From Thermoplasmatota archaeon (GTDB lineage: Archaea; Thermoplasmatota; Thermoplasmata; Halarchaeoplasmatales; Halarchaeoplasmataceae): a DNA stretch of 64,000 bases. The stretch spans positions 19,585-83,584 of the forward strand of contig JAGXLF010000002.1 in NCBI GenBank assembly GCA_018334835.1, given 5' to 3'. Positions 38,241-47,997 of this stretch are shown here, in pieces; position 1 is the first letter of the stretch, and each line of letters begins with the position of its first letter. Both the position numbers and the translations under genes were made by a program. The notes beneath the pieces were generated by a model, which was not told the DNA's origin, searched no databases, and saw only the letters and a program-made list of their open reading frames with translations.

Positions 38241-39035
38241 CTACAATATAACTTCAGCTATGACTAGGCCTCCACCCATCAGCATAAAAACGAGTCCTAC
38301 AGTTCTTTTCAATTGTTTTTCCGAGGCTAGATTTGCAAATGTTGAAGCAGACCTAGACCCGATCACACCTCCTATACTACCTACGACAATCGCTGTTAAC
38401 ATGATCTCTCCATAGTATATGTGCCCTATAGCTCCTGATAAGGCCGTGAATATCATGATGATCACCGATGTGCCTACTGCTTTATGAATAGGAAAATCTA
38501 AAGCGACTACGAGCGCGATTAAAAACATTAAACCTCCTCCAGCCCCTATTATGCCAGATACAATTCCGATACTAAGTCCGATTAAAATAGATGAAAGCTG
38601 CTTTCTCTTCTGAAGCACTCTTTTTACTGATTTGATTATCTTCATATCCTGAAACTCCTTTCCAGTTTCCGTTTCTGGCTCCACTACGAAAGCTATGCCA
38701 ATACACAAGGTTATAAAACCGCTAGTTCCTCCAAGACTCGTTGAAGGGATCGGTGTCGAGAGCCAACTCCCGAAAAAAGCACCAATGACCGCAGCAATTG
38801 CTATCTGGAGTCCAGCTTTCAGATCGGTATTACCATGTTTACCATAAGTGTAAGCGGCCATCGAAGAGGCAAAGACATCGATAGCCAAAGCTATTCCTAT
38901 GGCCACATATGCCTCGTAATTTAGAAAGATCATCAGAGTAGGTATAACCAACGCAACTGCACTGGCGCCAATCAAACCAGTGATTATCCCAGCACCCCAT
39001 CCAGCCATAAATAATACTATGAGCTCAAATATCAT
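38241..39035 (-). CDS. TauE/SafE (DUF81) family anion exporter, putative sulfite/sulfo-compound permease.
   Basis: Two 4-TM repeats with G-rich helices (AGWGAGIITGLIGASAV...; GIVSGIIGAGGGLMFL). Confidence 0.65.
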   Translation of the reverse strand: MIFELIVLFMAGWGAGIITGLIGASAVALVIPTLMIFLNYEAYVAIGIALAIDVFASSMAAYTYGKHGNTDLKAGLQIAIAAVIGAFFGSWLSTPIPSTSLGGTSGFITLCIGIAFVVEPETETGKEFQDMKIIKSVKRVLQKRKQLSSILIGLSIGIVSGIIGAGGGLMFLIALVVALDFPIHKAVGTSVIIMIFTALSGAIGHIYYGEIMLTAIVVGSIGGVIGSRSASTFANLASEKQLKRTVGLVFMLMGGGLVIAEVIL

Positions 39036-39341
39036 GGATCGTCCTCCATCGTTTAGTATCTAAATAACAAGGTACCAATGAATACAAACTCATGATGGGA
39101 GAACAAGAGATTACTATTTAAATATTTAATGACGTGAATTGATAGATTATATATAAACTCAAAATTATTTCTTTCTTCACATATACTTTCTTTTGACATC
39201 ATTTTGGGACTTTAAGTGAAGAGATTAAGGTGTTATCTTTCCCTGCTTGAGATCTTTAACTGTTCTATTTCATCGGAATTAAATCAGATTATTTTAAGAG
39301 TTATAACAATCTTTAAAAGTCAGAAATAAGTATCGTTAATA

Positions 39342-42300
39342 ATGATAGATGTTCCGGGTAGAGAAAAAATATTACTCTATTTGATAAAGAAGGAGAAATA
39401 CCAAGAAAAGAGGTTTTCTTCCTTCTTCTACTGCCAGGAATGGATAGCGGAAAGTGTTGAGCTCTCGCAAAACAGAACGAGTAAACTTCTTGTTGAAATG
39501 GAAGAAAATGGTCTGATAGAAATAGAATCAAGGAAGGTGAAAGGAGCTTCTCAAAAAAGATACGTTTATTTTTTAACAGAAAAAGGAAAGAAAAAAGCTG
39601 AAAAAGTCAAAAGGGACATCGAAGAAGAAAACATCAATATCAAAACAAAAGATAAAGTGGCTGAAATAGAACTCAAAGATATCGATAATTACGTCCAAGG
39701 ATCAAATCTTTATCTATTCACTCTAAACAAGATTAATCAAGACGGAGTTTTAGACCTTACCGACATAGGCGAGGAAGATTTATTCGTAAATAGAGAAAAG
39801 GAAATAAGGATGCTGAAGAATTTTCTGAAGAAAAAGGGGAATGAAAATCTCAATACTTTATTAATAGAAGGATGTGCTGGCGTTGGAAAAACTCGGCTCG
39901 TAGAAGAACTAAGAAAATATGGAAAAAATGAAGGTTTCAATTTTTATGAAGGAAAGGGTGTTTATGAATCAGTTGAATCTTTTTTCCCGTTCCGAAGAAT
40001 TTTTGATGAGATATTAGAAGAAAACCCAGAAATATTAGAAAATGAGAATATCTCACAACTTTTTAAAAATGAAGATAGCAATTGGGAGGAAGGAATTGAA
40101 GCACTAGATATTTCTATAGAGGATTTTTTTAATAAATTGAAGAATAGTTTGGAAAGTTTTTCATCGGAAAGACCGACTATCATTTTCGTGGATAACCTCC
40201 AATGGGCTGATTCGGTTTCAGTGCAATTTTTTGAATATATCACTGATGAGTTAGAAGAAAATTCAGTGGATATATTAGGGGCATATAGAAAAGAAGATAC
40301 GAAAAATCCGAATTCAGGCAGATCGATATATGATATCATACATTCGAATAATTCAAAAATTGTCGGAGTTGACCCCTTTGATTGGAGAAACACTAGGAAA
40401 TTATTGATGAGGAGGATTGGAAGAAACAATATTCCAGGTAAATTTGTCGAGATGATCTATAACCTCACTGAAGGAATTCCTTTATTCATCAATGCTATAA
40501 CCGATGAAATGTTAAATGAAGGGGTATTACAGCCCTTAAAAGATAATTATCCAGAAACATTGGGAGAGATAAAATTACCGAAGAAGGTAAATGAGCTATA
40601 TGATATTAAATTTAAAAAGTTGAACAAAAAAGAAAGGGAGGTTCTTCAATTATGCAGCTGTATCGATGATGACTTCTCTGAAGATTTGGTTATCAGTACT
40701 GCCCAGGGCGAAAATAATGAAATAGAAGAAATTATTGGAAACTTGAAAAAAGCTAACTTTTTGAAAGATCACTCAGAAAATAGATTAGATTTCACATACG
40801 AGATAACAAGGTTTACTATTTACAAAAATTTGTCGAGATCTAGACGAAAAAAACTTCATAGGAATATTGCTCAGAGTTTGAAAAAAATCGATGAAGGAAA
40901 AGTCGTAAATTATCATCTCAGACTGGGAAAGCATCTCGAGAAGATCGGTAAATTCAAAGAAGCTGTTGAATCCTATTTGAAAGGCGCTAATGAAACTGAG
41001 GAGATTTACGAAAATGACAGAGCGATAGAGCTTTACGAAAGGGCGTTAAAAATCTTAGAGAAACATCCTGTCCAAATGATTGATGAGAACAAGATCCACG
41101 AAGATCTAGCGGGTGTTTTGGAAAAAAAGGAAGATCATAGAAAAGCTTTAAATCATTTGAAAAAGGCAGAAAATAAAACTGAGGGGGAGAGAAGGCAGTT
41201 ATGTTTGAATAGGAAAATCGCGGGATGTTTGAGAGAAACAAGCCAGTATGAAAAGGCGTTAGAATATATAGAGAAGGGAGAAGGAATCCTATCAAAAATG
41301 GATCAGATGTCTTTTGATAATAAAAAAGAAAAATGTAAACTATTGAAGGAAAAGGGTATGATCTATCTGCGGAAGAATGAATTTGAGGACTGCCAAAATA
41401 TCTTTGAAAAGATGAGAGAACTATCAGACAAAATAGGATCAAAAAAGGATAAAGGAGAGGCTATTCATTATTTAGGAACTATTTCTTATTATCGATCTGA
41501 TTTTGACCGAGCAAAAGAGTACTTACAACGATCTATCGAGTTACGAGAAAAGGCAGATGATTTGGAAGGGTTAACCAAGTCTTATAACAATCTCGGCGTG
41601 GTTTTTCGAAATCTACAGGAACCTCATAAGGCTCTGGAATTTTATAAAAAAACTAATAAAATTAAAAAAGAATTAGGTTCTAGGGAAGGGGATATATCCG
41701 CCCTCGAAAACATTGGAACAATATATTTTGATTTAGGAGAATTGGACAAATCTATAGAGTACTACCAGGAGTGTTTAGAAATAGAAAAAAAGATCAAAGA
41801 TCATCATGGAATGGCCGCAACCTTGGATAATATAGGTGTAGTTTATTTTGGAAAAGGAGAATTTGATAAGGCCCTTCAATATCACGAACGAAGTTTAGAA
41901 ATGAAGAAAAGGCTGGAGAACCGGTCTGGAATTTCATTTTCTTTGTACAATATGGGATTATCTTACAGGGGAAAAGGTGAGCTTGAAAAAGCATTAGAAC
42001 TCCTCAAAGAAAGCTTGGAGATAAGAAAAGAACTAGAAGATAAATTGAATATAGGATACTCAAAATTATGGATAGGTATAGTTCACTTAGATTTGGGAAA
42101 TCTAGGAAAATCAAATGAGTATCTTAAAGACGCTTTAGATATCTTCAAAACAACGAAAAGCGACCATGGTATGGGAATGGCCCTAACTTTTTTGGGAAGA
42201 TTAAAAGTCCTTCAAAGTTCCATGGATGAGGCAAAAAAATATCTCGAGCACAGCGAAAAGATCAAATCAAAGCTAGAAGAAGAAGGATATAAATTGATGG

Positions 42301-42656
42301 TCGATCGACATCTTGCCGAGTTCTATTTGAAGAAAAATAGGTTGGAAAAATCCATCGCTCACTGTCAAGGGTCTTTGAGAAGAGCAAAACGATCAGGGAT
42401 GATGAATGAGCTCGGTAAATGCAGAAAAGTCCTTGGTAATATATATTGGGAGAAAGGGATTCTGAGAAGAGGTAAGGAAGAGTTCAAAAAGGCTGTAAAC
42501 ATCTTCGATGAAACAGGTGATAAAAAGAATAAAGCGGAAGTGATGTTAGAGTGGGGAAACAAATTGATCGAGCGGGGAGAAGAAGACAAGGGTGAGAAAA
42601 AAAGATCAGATGGTCTTAAGCTACTTGAAGAATGCCAGATAGATCTCTCCTCTTGA
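39342..42656 (+). CDS. wHTH-AAA_16/STAND-like NTPase-TPR protein (paralog 3), with an N-terminal winged-helix DNA-binding domain.
   Basis: N-terminal wHTH (SQNRTSKLLVEMEENGLIEIESRKVKGASQKRYVYFLTEKGKK), NTLLIEGCAGVGKTRL, TIIFVDNLQWADSVSVQF, then a long TPR array (repeated YNNLG/LENIG/LDNIG consensus). Confidence 0.7.
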   Translation: MIDVPGREKILLYLIKKEKYQEKRFSSFFYCQEWIAESVELSQNRTSKLLVEMEENGLIEIESRKVKGASQKRYVYFLTEKGKKKAEKVKRDIEEENINIKTKDKVAEIELKDIDNYVQGSNLYLFTLNKINQDGVLDLTDIGEEDLFVNREKEIRMLKNFLKKKGNENLNTLLIEGCAGVGKTRLVEELRKYGKNEGFNFYEGKGVYESVESFFPFRRIFDEILEENPEILENENISQLFKNEDSNWEEGIEALDISIEDFFNKLKNSLESFSSERPTIIFVDNLQWADSVSVQFFEYITDELEENSVDILGAYRKEDTKNPNSGRSIYDIIHSNNSKIVGVDPFDWRNTRKLLMRRIGRNNIPGKFVEMIYNLTEGIPLFINAITDEMLNEGVLQPLKDNYPETLGEIKLPKKVNELYDIKFKKLNKKEREVLQLCSCIDDDFSEDLVISTAQGENNEIEEIIGNLKKANFLKDHSENRLDFTYEITRFTIYKNLSRSRRKKLHRNIAQSLKKIDEGKVVNYHLRLGKHLEKIGKFKEAVESYLKGANETEEIYENDRAIELYERALKILEKHPVQMIDENKIHEDLAGVLEKKEDHRKALNHLKKAENKTEGERRQLCLNRKIAGCLRETSQYEKALEYIEKGEGILSKMDQMSFDNKKEKCKLLKEKGMIYLRKNEFEDCQNIFEKMRELSDKIGSKKDKGEAIHYLGTISYYRSDFDRAKEYLQRSIELREKADDLEGLTKSYNNLGVVFRNLQEPHKALEFYKKTNKIKKELGSREGDISALENIGTIYFDLGELDKSIEYYQECLEIEKKIKDHHGMAATLDNIGVVYFGKGEFDKALQYHERSLEMKKRLENRSGISFSLYNMGLSYRGKGELEKALELLKESLEIRKELEDKLNIGYSKLWIGIVHLDLGNLGKSNEYLKDALDIFKTTKSDHGMGMALTFLGRLKVLQSSMDEAKKYLEHSEKIKSKLEEEGYKLMVDRHLAEFYLKKNRLEKSIAHCQGSLRRAKRSGMMNELGKCRKVLGNIYWEKGILRRGKEEFKKAVNIFDETGDKKNKAEVMLEWGNKLIERGEEDKGEKKRSDGLKLLEECQIDLSS

Positions 42657-42727
42657 TGATCTAAGAAGAGAATTTATTTAGATGATATCGTAATCTTTTT
42701 ATTTGTTATTAGATTAAAGCTGGGTAG

Positions 42728-43987
42728 ATGTTAGATCATAAAAAATTGATGTTGTTCCGATTCTCATCCTATGGCTTCTTAAAAAATCTGAGATTCTTCG
42801 AGCCTTTTCTTTATCTCTTTTTCTTAGCTAACGGCCTAACTTACCTCCAGATTGGTTTTTTGATTTCCATTCGAGAAACATCTACTCTATTATTAGAGAC
42901 TCCAACTGGAATAATAGCCGATCTAACGGGCAGAAGGAAAGCAATGGCTACAGCCTTTGCCTCTTATATCGTTTCTTTTATTGTTTTTTACTTTTTCAGT
43001 TCTTTCCTGCTGTTCATACCAGCAATGCTCTTATTCGCTTTAGGAGAGACCTTCCGTTCCGGAACTCATAAGTCGATGATAATGGAACATCTAGACGAAG
43101 AAGGGATGTCGGACCAAAAAGTCCAGTATTACGGTAAGACAAGATCCGCTTCTAGATTAGGTTCTGCAGTCTCAGCCGTCCTAGCCGGAGTAATAGTTTA
43201 CCATTTCCAGAACTATAATATCGTATTTCTCGTTACAATTTTTCCTTACATAATAGCTTTCTTCTTGATGCTCAGTTATCCTAAAAGTCTAGACGGAGAA
43301 CCTTCCGGAGTCTCTTTCGATAGCACTATTAGTCACTTAAAAGGGAGTTTAAGACAATTTTTTGATCATCCGAAACTAGGAAAGATGATGGCAAACGCCT
43401 CTATTTACGATTCTTTCTTTAAGATCTCTAAAGACTACCTTTCTCCCATCATTCGAAGCTTCGCCGTTGGTCTTCCCTTCCTGCTCTATATCGAAAATAA
43501 TGACCAGCGAACCGCTATTCTAGTCGGGGTTATCTATTTTTTCGTATATATGAACAGTTTCATTTCTTCTAGGAAATCGGCTTCATTGATGGAAAGAACA
43601 GGGAATATGTCAAAAGCTCTGAATCTTCTCTACTTCATAATGGCTTCAGCTTTCTTAGCTGTCGCTATTTTCCTATACCTCAATGTAACTTTGCTCGCCA
43701 TCGCCGCATTCTTCTTTTTCTTCACCTTATATAATCTGAGAAAACCGATGGTGGTAGGTTATCTAGGTGATATAATAGAACCCGATACTAGAGCTACTCT
43801 CTTGAGCGGCCATAACCAACTCCGCTCTGTGGTAGGAATGATAATCGCTCCAATCCTGGGCTTTCTAGCCGATACGTTTGGGATAAGTATGGCCTTCTTC
43901 TTCGGGGCCTTGGTGCTCATCATTATCGGTTTGGTACTTCCGGTAAAAGAAGTCAAAAGACGGGTTAAACGAGATCATTCTAGATGA
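42728..43987 (+). CDS. MFS-type transporter.
   Basis: 12 predicted TM helices; motif-A-like ETPTGIIADLTGRRKA. Confidence 0.65.
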   Translation: MLDHKKLMLFRFSSYGFLKNLRFFEPFLYLFFLANGLTYLQIGFLISIRETSTLLLETPTGIIADLTGRRKAMATAFASYIVSFIVFYFFSSFLLFIPAMLLFALGETFRSGTHKSMIMEHLDEEGMSDQKVQYYGKTRSASRLGSAVSAVLAGVIVYHFQNYNIVFLVTIFPYIIAFFLMLSYPKSLDGEPSGVSFDSTISHLKGSLRQFFDHPKLGKMMANASIYDSFFKISKDYLSPIIRSFAVGLPFLLYIENNDQRTAILVGVIYFFVYMNSFISSRKSASLMERTGNMSKALNLLYFIMASAFLAVAIFLYLNVTLLAIAAFFFFFTLYNLRKPMVVGYLGDIIEPDTRATLLSGHNQLRSVVGMIIAPILGFLADTFGISMAFFFGALVLIIIGLVLPVKEVKRRVKRDHSR

Positions 43988-45111
43988 ACTCCGGCTTGTA
44001 CCTCCACGAGCCTATATTCTCTGTAACCCTGTACCACTTTCATATACCCCTTTTCGCTGATCTTCTTATCTAATTCTTCGTCACCTGTGTCGGCTCTCAA
44101 GTTAGCGGTCTTTTTCAGTTTAGTGGGAGTTGAGAGTATATAGATATTGTCAAGCCCGGCTTTTTTAACTACCTTAGGACTGATCTGTTGATTTCCTCTC
44201 CCCAGGAAAAAACCCTGATTGCCTATCATCGAGACTATTATTTTTAGACCAGACGCTTCCTCACTCTGTTCTAAAATCTCTTTTTCAGCAACATCTAACT
44301 CCACGATCTCTTTGTTCTTTATCAAATCGACTCCTAAAATCGTGTAATCTAAACCTAAAACTTTCTGTATTTCAGCAGTAGTAGAACCTGGCCCAAGAAC
44401 GAAAAGATGACCCGGGTTTTCTTCCATCTCATCTATCAAAAAATGTGCGATATCTCTTTTCTGATCTTCTTGATCGACTGATCTAAAACTCTGTTTTCCA
44501 AGCTGTATGTAATGCGGTTCGTAGATGCTGAGAGCCTGGCCATGCATCTTTATCTCCCAATCACCTTCTCTGTACTTCTCTTCATCTAGGTCCATTATCT
44601 CTACTTCACCAGTATCGGCTTTACCGTCTACGAAATCGTTGAAGAGCTGGGCACTCCCCTCCGGGTTTATACCGAAGCAGCCGCTGTGCATTTTGACACC
44701 TGCAGGTATCCCCAATATAGGTTTTTCTTTGTCGACCTCTTCGTAGATATCTCTAGCCGTACCATCTCCTCCACAGAAGACTATCAGGTCGACATGCTTA
44801 TCTATGAATCTTCGAACCACTTCATGGGTCTCCTCGGCTTTTGTTCTACCGATACTATCTTTTTTCGGCTCGTAAACGACGTTTATTTTCTGTCCTTCAA
44901 AGTACTGTTTCAGGGAACTCTCACCCATCACTCCCCCGGCCGTAAACCAAGTATGCTCTCCCTTCATATTCTGGAGTGATTCTTCGGCTCTTTTCGTTGC
45001 TACGGGCTCAGCCCCGAGTTCCACAGCCTTTTCATAAACTCCGTCCGTGCCTTTCAAACCAACTTTTCCGCCCATCCCAGCTATCGGATTGATCACGAAT
45101 CCAACTCTCAT
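43975..45111 (-). CDS. ATP-NAD kinase-like protein (COG3199; diacylglycerol-kinase/NADK catalytic-fold family).
   Basis: GFVINPIAGMGG...IVFCGGDGTARDI motifs. Confidence 0.6.
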   Translation of the reverse strand: MRVGFVINPIAGMGGKVGLKGTDGVYEKAVELGAEPVATKRAEESLQNMKGEHTWFTAGGVMGESSLKQYFEGQKINVVYEPKKDSIGRTKAEETHEVVRRFIDKHVDLIVFCGGDGTARDIYEEVDKEKPILGIPAGVKMHSGCFGINPEGSAQLFNDFVDGKADTGEVEIMDLDEEKYREGDWEIKMHGQALSIYEPHYIQLGKQSFRSVDQEDQKRDIAHFLIDEMEENPGHLFVLGPGSTTAEIQKVLGLDYTILGVDLIKNKEIVELDVAEKEILEQSEEASGLKIIVSMIGNQGFFLGRGNQQISPKVVKKAGLDNIYILSTPTKLKKTANLRADTGDEELDKKISEKGYMKVVQGYREYRLVEVQAGVHLE

Positions 45112-45213
45112 ATTCTCATTCCTATATAGTAGTTGAAAAGATAAGGTTTTTGATTGTGATAAGAATTTAAAAAGATTTATTGCACTTCTCTTTATTTAGG
45201 AGCAAGAAGAGAA

Positions 45214-46605
45214 ATGAAAGATAGATTATCAAGATTGATAGAGAAAAGCGGAGGAGATTACGTCGAAGCCAGGTATCACAAAAGGGACGAGAAGCTCATC
45301 GATATAAGCAAGGGCGAAGTGGAGGACGTTCATTCTAAATTGTTAGCAGGAGTTGGTATAAGAGTTCTGAAAGAAGGTGCCTGGGGATTCAGCAGTACGA
45401 GTAAATTGAACGACAAAGCATTAGATAAAACTCTAAAAAAGGCTGAGAAGTCAGCTGAGATGTGTGCCCAGGCCAAAAAGGAAAAGATAGAAGGGCTGAG
45501 AGAAGGAAAGATAGCTGAAGGAAGGTATGAAGCGGAGGTGAATGACTCCGCAAAGAACCACAGCATGGAAGAGAAGATGAAAATGGTCAGAGAGAACGAG
45601 GAGAGAATAAGGAAGGAAGACAAGATCAGCTCTGGAAGGTGCAGATGGCACGAGATGCATGATGATAAATTCATCGTGAATTCCTACGGAAGCGAAGCGG
45701 AGCTTTCGGATGAGAAGTTGGTGTACTATGTTCAAGCGTTCTCGTTGGATAACGGGGAGAGGATACAGGGTAGAGAGGCTAAAGGCGTGACCGGCGGCTG
45801 GAAAGATATCTTTGACGAAGAGAGTCCGGAAGAGATGGCCATGGGTGCCGTGAAAGACGCCCAGGAGCTATTAAAGGCGGACCATCCAGAAGGGGGAAGA
45901 GCAACTGTGGTACTCAACCCGGAGCTAGTAGCTCTGCTCTCACACGAGGCGATAGGTCATACGGTAGAAGCGGATTGGGTCCTTTCCGGTTCCATAGTCA
46001 AAGGAAAGATCGGTGAGAAAGTTGCTAGTGAAATGGTAACGCTGGTCGATGACGGTACCGCTACTCCTCATGCTGGTGGTTGGGTCCCGATAGACGATGA
46101 AGGTTCTGAAGCGGAGAGGACCGAGATAATCAAGGACGGAGTTCTGAAGAATTACCTATGCGATAGGGAAACCGCCAATATTTTGAATATGAAGCCCATG
46201 GGGAATTCTAGAGCGTTTGAATACTCCGATCAGCCCATAGTCAGGATGACCAATACATTCATCGATCCAGGAGACCGGAAGCCGGAAGAACTTGTAGAAG
46301 AAATTGACGACGGCTTTTACTTAGAGGGTGCTGAAGGCGGTCAGGCCGACGCCAACGCGGAGTTCATGTTCGGTGTTCAAAAAGCTTATAGGATTGAGAA
46401 CGGGGAGAAGACCGATCTTCTGAGAGGAGTTTCTATCTCCGGTTCAGCTTTTGACGTACTTAAGAGCGTAGACGCTGTAGCAGATGATTTTAAGCTTGAT
46501 ATGGGTGCCGGTTACTGTGGCAAAACGCAGATGGCAAAAGTAGACGGCGGAGGGCCCCATATAAGGTGTAAAACTATGATCGGCGGTAAACAGGAGGGGA
46601 AATAG
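45214..46605 (+). CDS. tldD: TldD-family metalloprotease.
   Basis: HEAIGHTVEADW zinc motif; PmbA-TldD fold. Confidence 0.8.
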   Translation: MKDRLSRLIEKSGGDYVEARYHKRDEKLIDISKGEVEDVHSKLLAGVGIRVLKEGAWGFSSTSKLNDKALDKTLKKAEKSAEMCAQAKKEKIEGLREGKIAEGRYEAEVNDSAKNHSMEEKMKMVRENEERIRKEDKISSGRCRWHEMHDDKFIVNSYGSEAELSDEKLVYYVQAFSLDNGERIQGREAKGVTGGWKDIFDEESPEEMAMGAVKDAQELLKADHPEGGRATVVLNPELVALLSHEAIGHTVEADWVLSGSIVKGKIGEKVASEMVTLVDDGTATPHAGGWVPIDDEGSEAERTEIIKDGVLKNYLCDRETANILNMKPMGNSRAFEYSDQPIVRMTNTFIDPGDRKPEELVEEIDDGFYLEGAEGGQADANAEFMFGVQKAYRIENGEKTDLLRGVSISGSAFDVLKSVDAVADDFKLDMGAGYCGKTQMAKVDGGGPHIRCKTMIGGKQEGK

Positions 46606-47964
46606 ATGTCTGAATTGTTGGCTTTAGGAGACACTCTCGTTAAAAGAGCCAAAGAGAACGGTGCTGAGGAAGCTGAAGTGTACATTGTGAGTAAAGAGAA
46701 GGATGATGTGAATATAGAAAAGAACCAGATTCAGATCGGTAAATCCATGGAGAAGGAAGAAGTCGGGATAAGATTATTGGTAGGAGATAGGATCGGTTTC
46801 GCCTCTGTTAACAGTTTCGAAAAGGACGATATACTGCCGAAAGTCAAAGAGGCGATTAGTATCGCTAAAACCTCAGTCGAAAACGAAAACAATATCATCC
46901 CAGAGCCCAATAAGATAGAGAATAAAAATAAAGTGTTTGATCCTAAGTCGGAGAATTTTGATACTGAGGATAGTTTGGGATATGCCAAGAGGATGCTTGA
47001 ATCCGCTAAAGATTACGACAGTAGGATTCAGATAAGTACTGGTGTCTTTATTGCCGACGTCAAAGACAGAGCGATCGTTAATTCGAAAGGTATTCAAGCT
47101 CAAGAAAAAAGTAGTAACTTCACTTACTATGCCGTAGGCATGGCTGTAGATGGTAAAGAGGTATCTAGCTTCGATTTCAAGATGGATGGGACCCATTACA
47201 TAGACGAAATCAATGTAGAAAATCTAGGAAGGAGTATAGCCGAAAGTACAGTAAACTCTCTTGGAGCTAAAAAGGCGGAGAACTTCGAGGGCCCAGCTAT
47301 CTTTACTCCTTACAGTTTGATGGGAATTTTTCACTTCGCGTTGTCTCAGTCCCTGCAGGCCAATAGGGTGCAAAAAGGCATGAGTAAATTCAAAGGAAAG
47401 ATAGGCGAGCAAGTGGCTGACTCCAGACTCACTGTGAGAGACGATTCGAAGATGGAAGGCGGATTCGGATGCCGTTCCTTCGATAGAGAAGGGCTTCCCA
47501 CACCTCCTATTAACATGATAAAAGAAGGAAATCTAAAGAATTTCTACCACAATTCATACACCGCGAATAAAGAAGGTAAGGAATCTACTGGTCACGCATC
47601 CGGTGGTCCCGATCAGCCTCCGAAGATAGGTCCATCCAATTTGGTCGTCACTACCGGTAAAAAGTCAAGAAATGAACTGGTAGAAGAGATCGATAAAGGT
47701 ATACTCGTCAACAGATTCTCTGGTAATATCGACCCGGTGACCGGTGATCTATCCGGAGCGGTGAAAGGAGGCCACATGATAGAAAACGGGGAGAAGAAAT
47801 TTCCCGTAAAAGAGACAATGATCTCAGGGAACATATTCGAGATGTTAACGAATATCACCGGCATCTCAAAAGAGAGAACATCTTTCCCAACGCTCATGGG
47901 AAGCCAGTCATACCTCTTCCTTCCGTTCATGAGGTTTCAAGGTCTATCCTTCACCTCCGATTAA
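46606..47964 (+). CDS. pmbA: PmbA/TldE-family protease partner.
   Basis: Paralogous fold lacking the HExxxH motif; contiguous with tldD. Confidence 0.75.
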   Translation: MSELLALGDTLVKRAKENGAEEAEVYIVSKEKDDVNIEKNQIQIGKSMEKEEVGIRLLVGDRIGFASVNSFEKDDILPKVKEAISIAKTSVENENNIIPEPNKIENKNKVFDPKSENFDTEDSLGYAKRMLESAKDYDSRIQISTGVFIADVKDRAIVNSKGIQAQEKSSNFTYYAVGMAVDGKEVSSFDFKMDGTHYIDEINVENLGRSIAESTVNSLGAKKAENFEGPAIFTPYSLMGIFHFALSQSLQANRVQKGMSKFKGKIGEQVADSRLTVRDDSKMEGGFGCRSFDREGLPTPPINMIKEGNLKNFYHNSYTANKEGKESTGHASGGPDQPPKIGPSNLVVTTGKKSRNELVEEIDKGILVNRFSGNIDPVTGDLSGAVKGGHMIENGEKKFPVKETMISGNIFEMLTNITGISKERTSFPTLMGSQSYLFLPFMRFQGLSFTSD

Positions 47965-47997
47965 AACCTTTATACAGCTTAGACAATGAGGTTAAAC

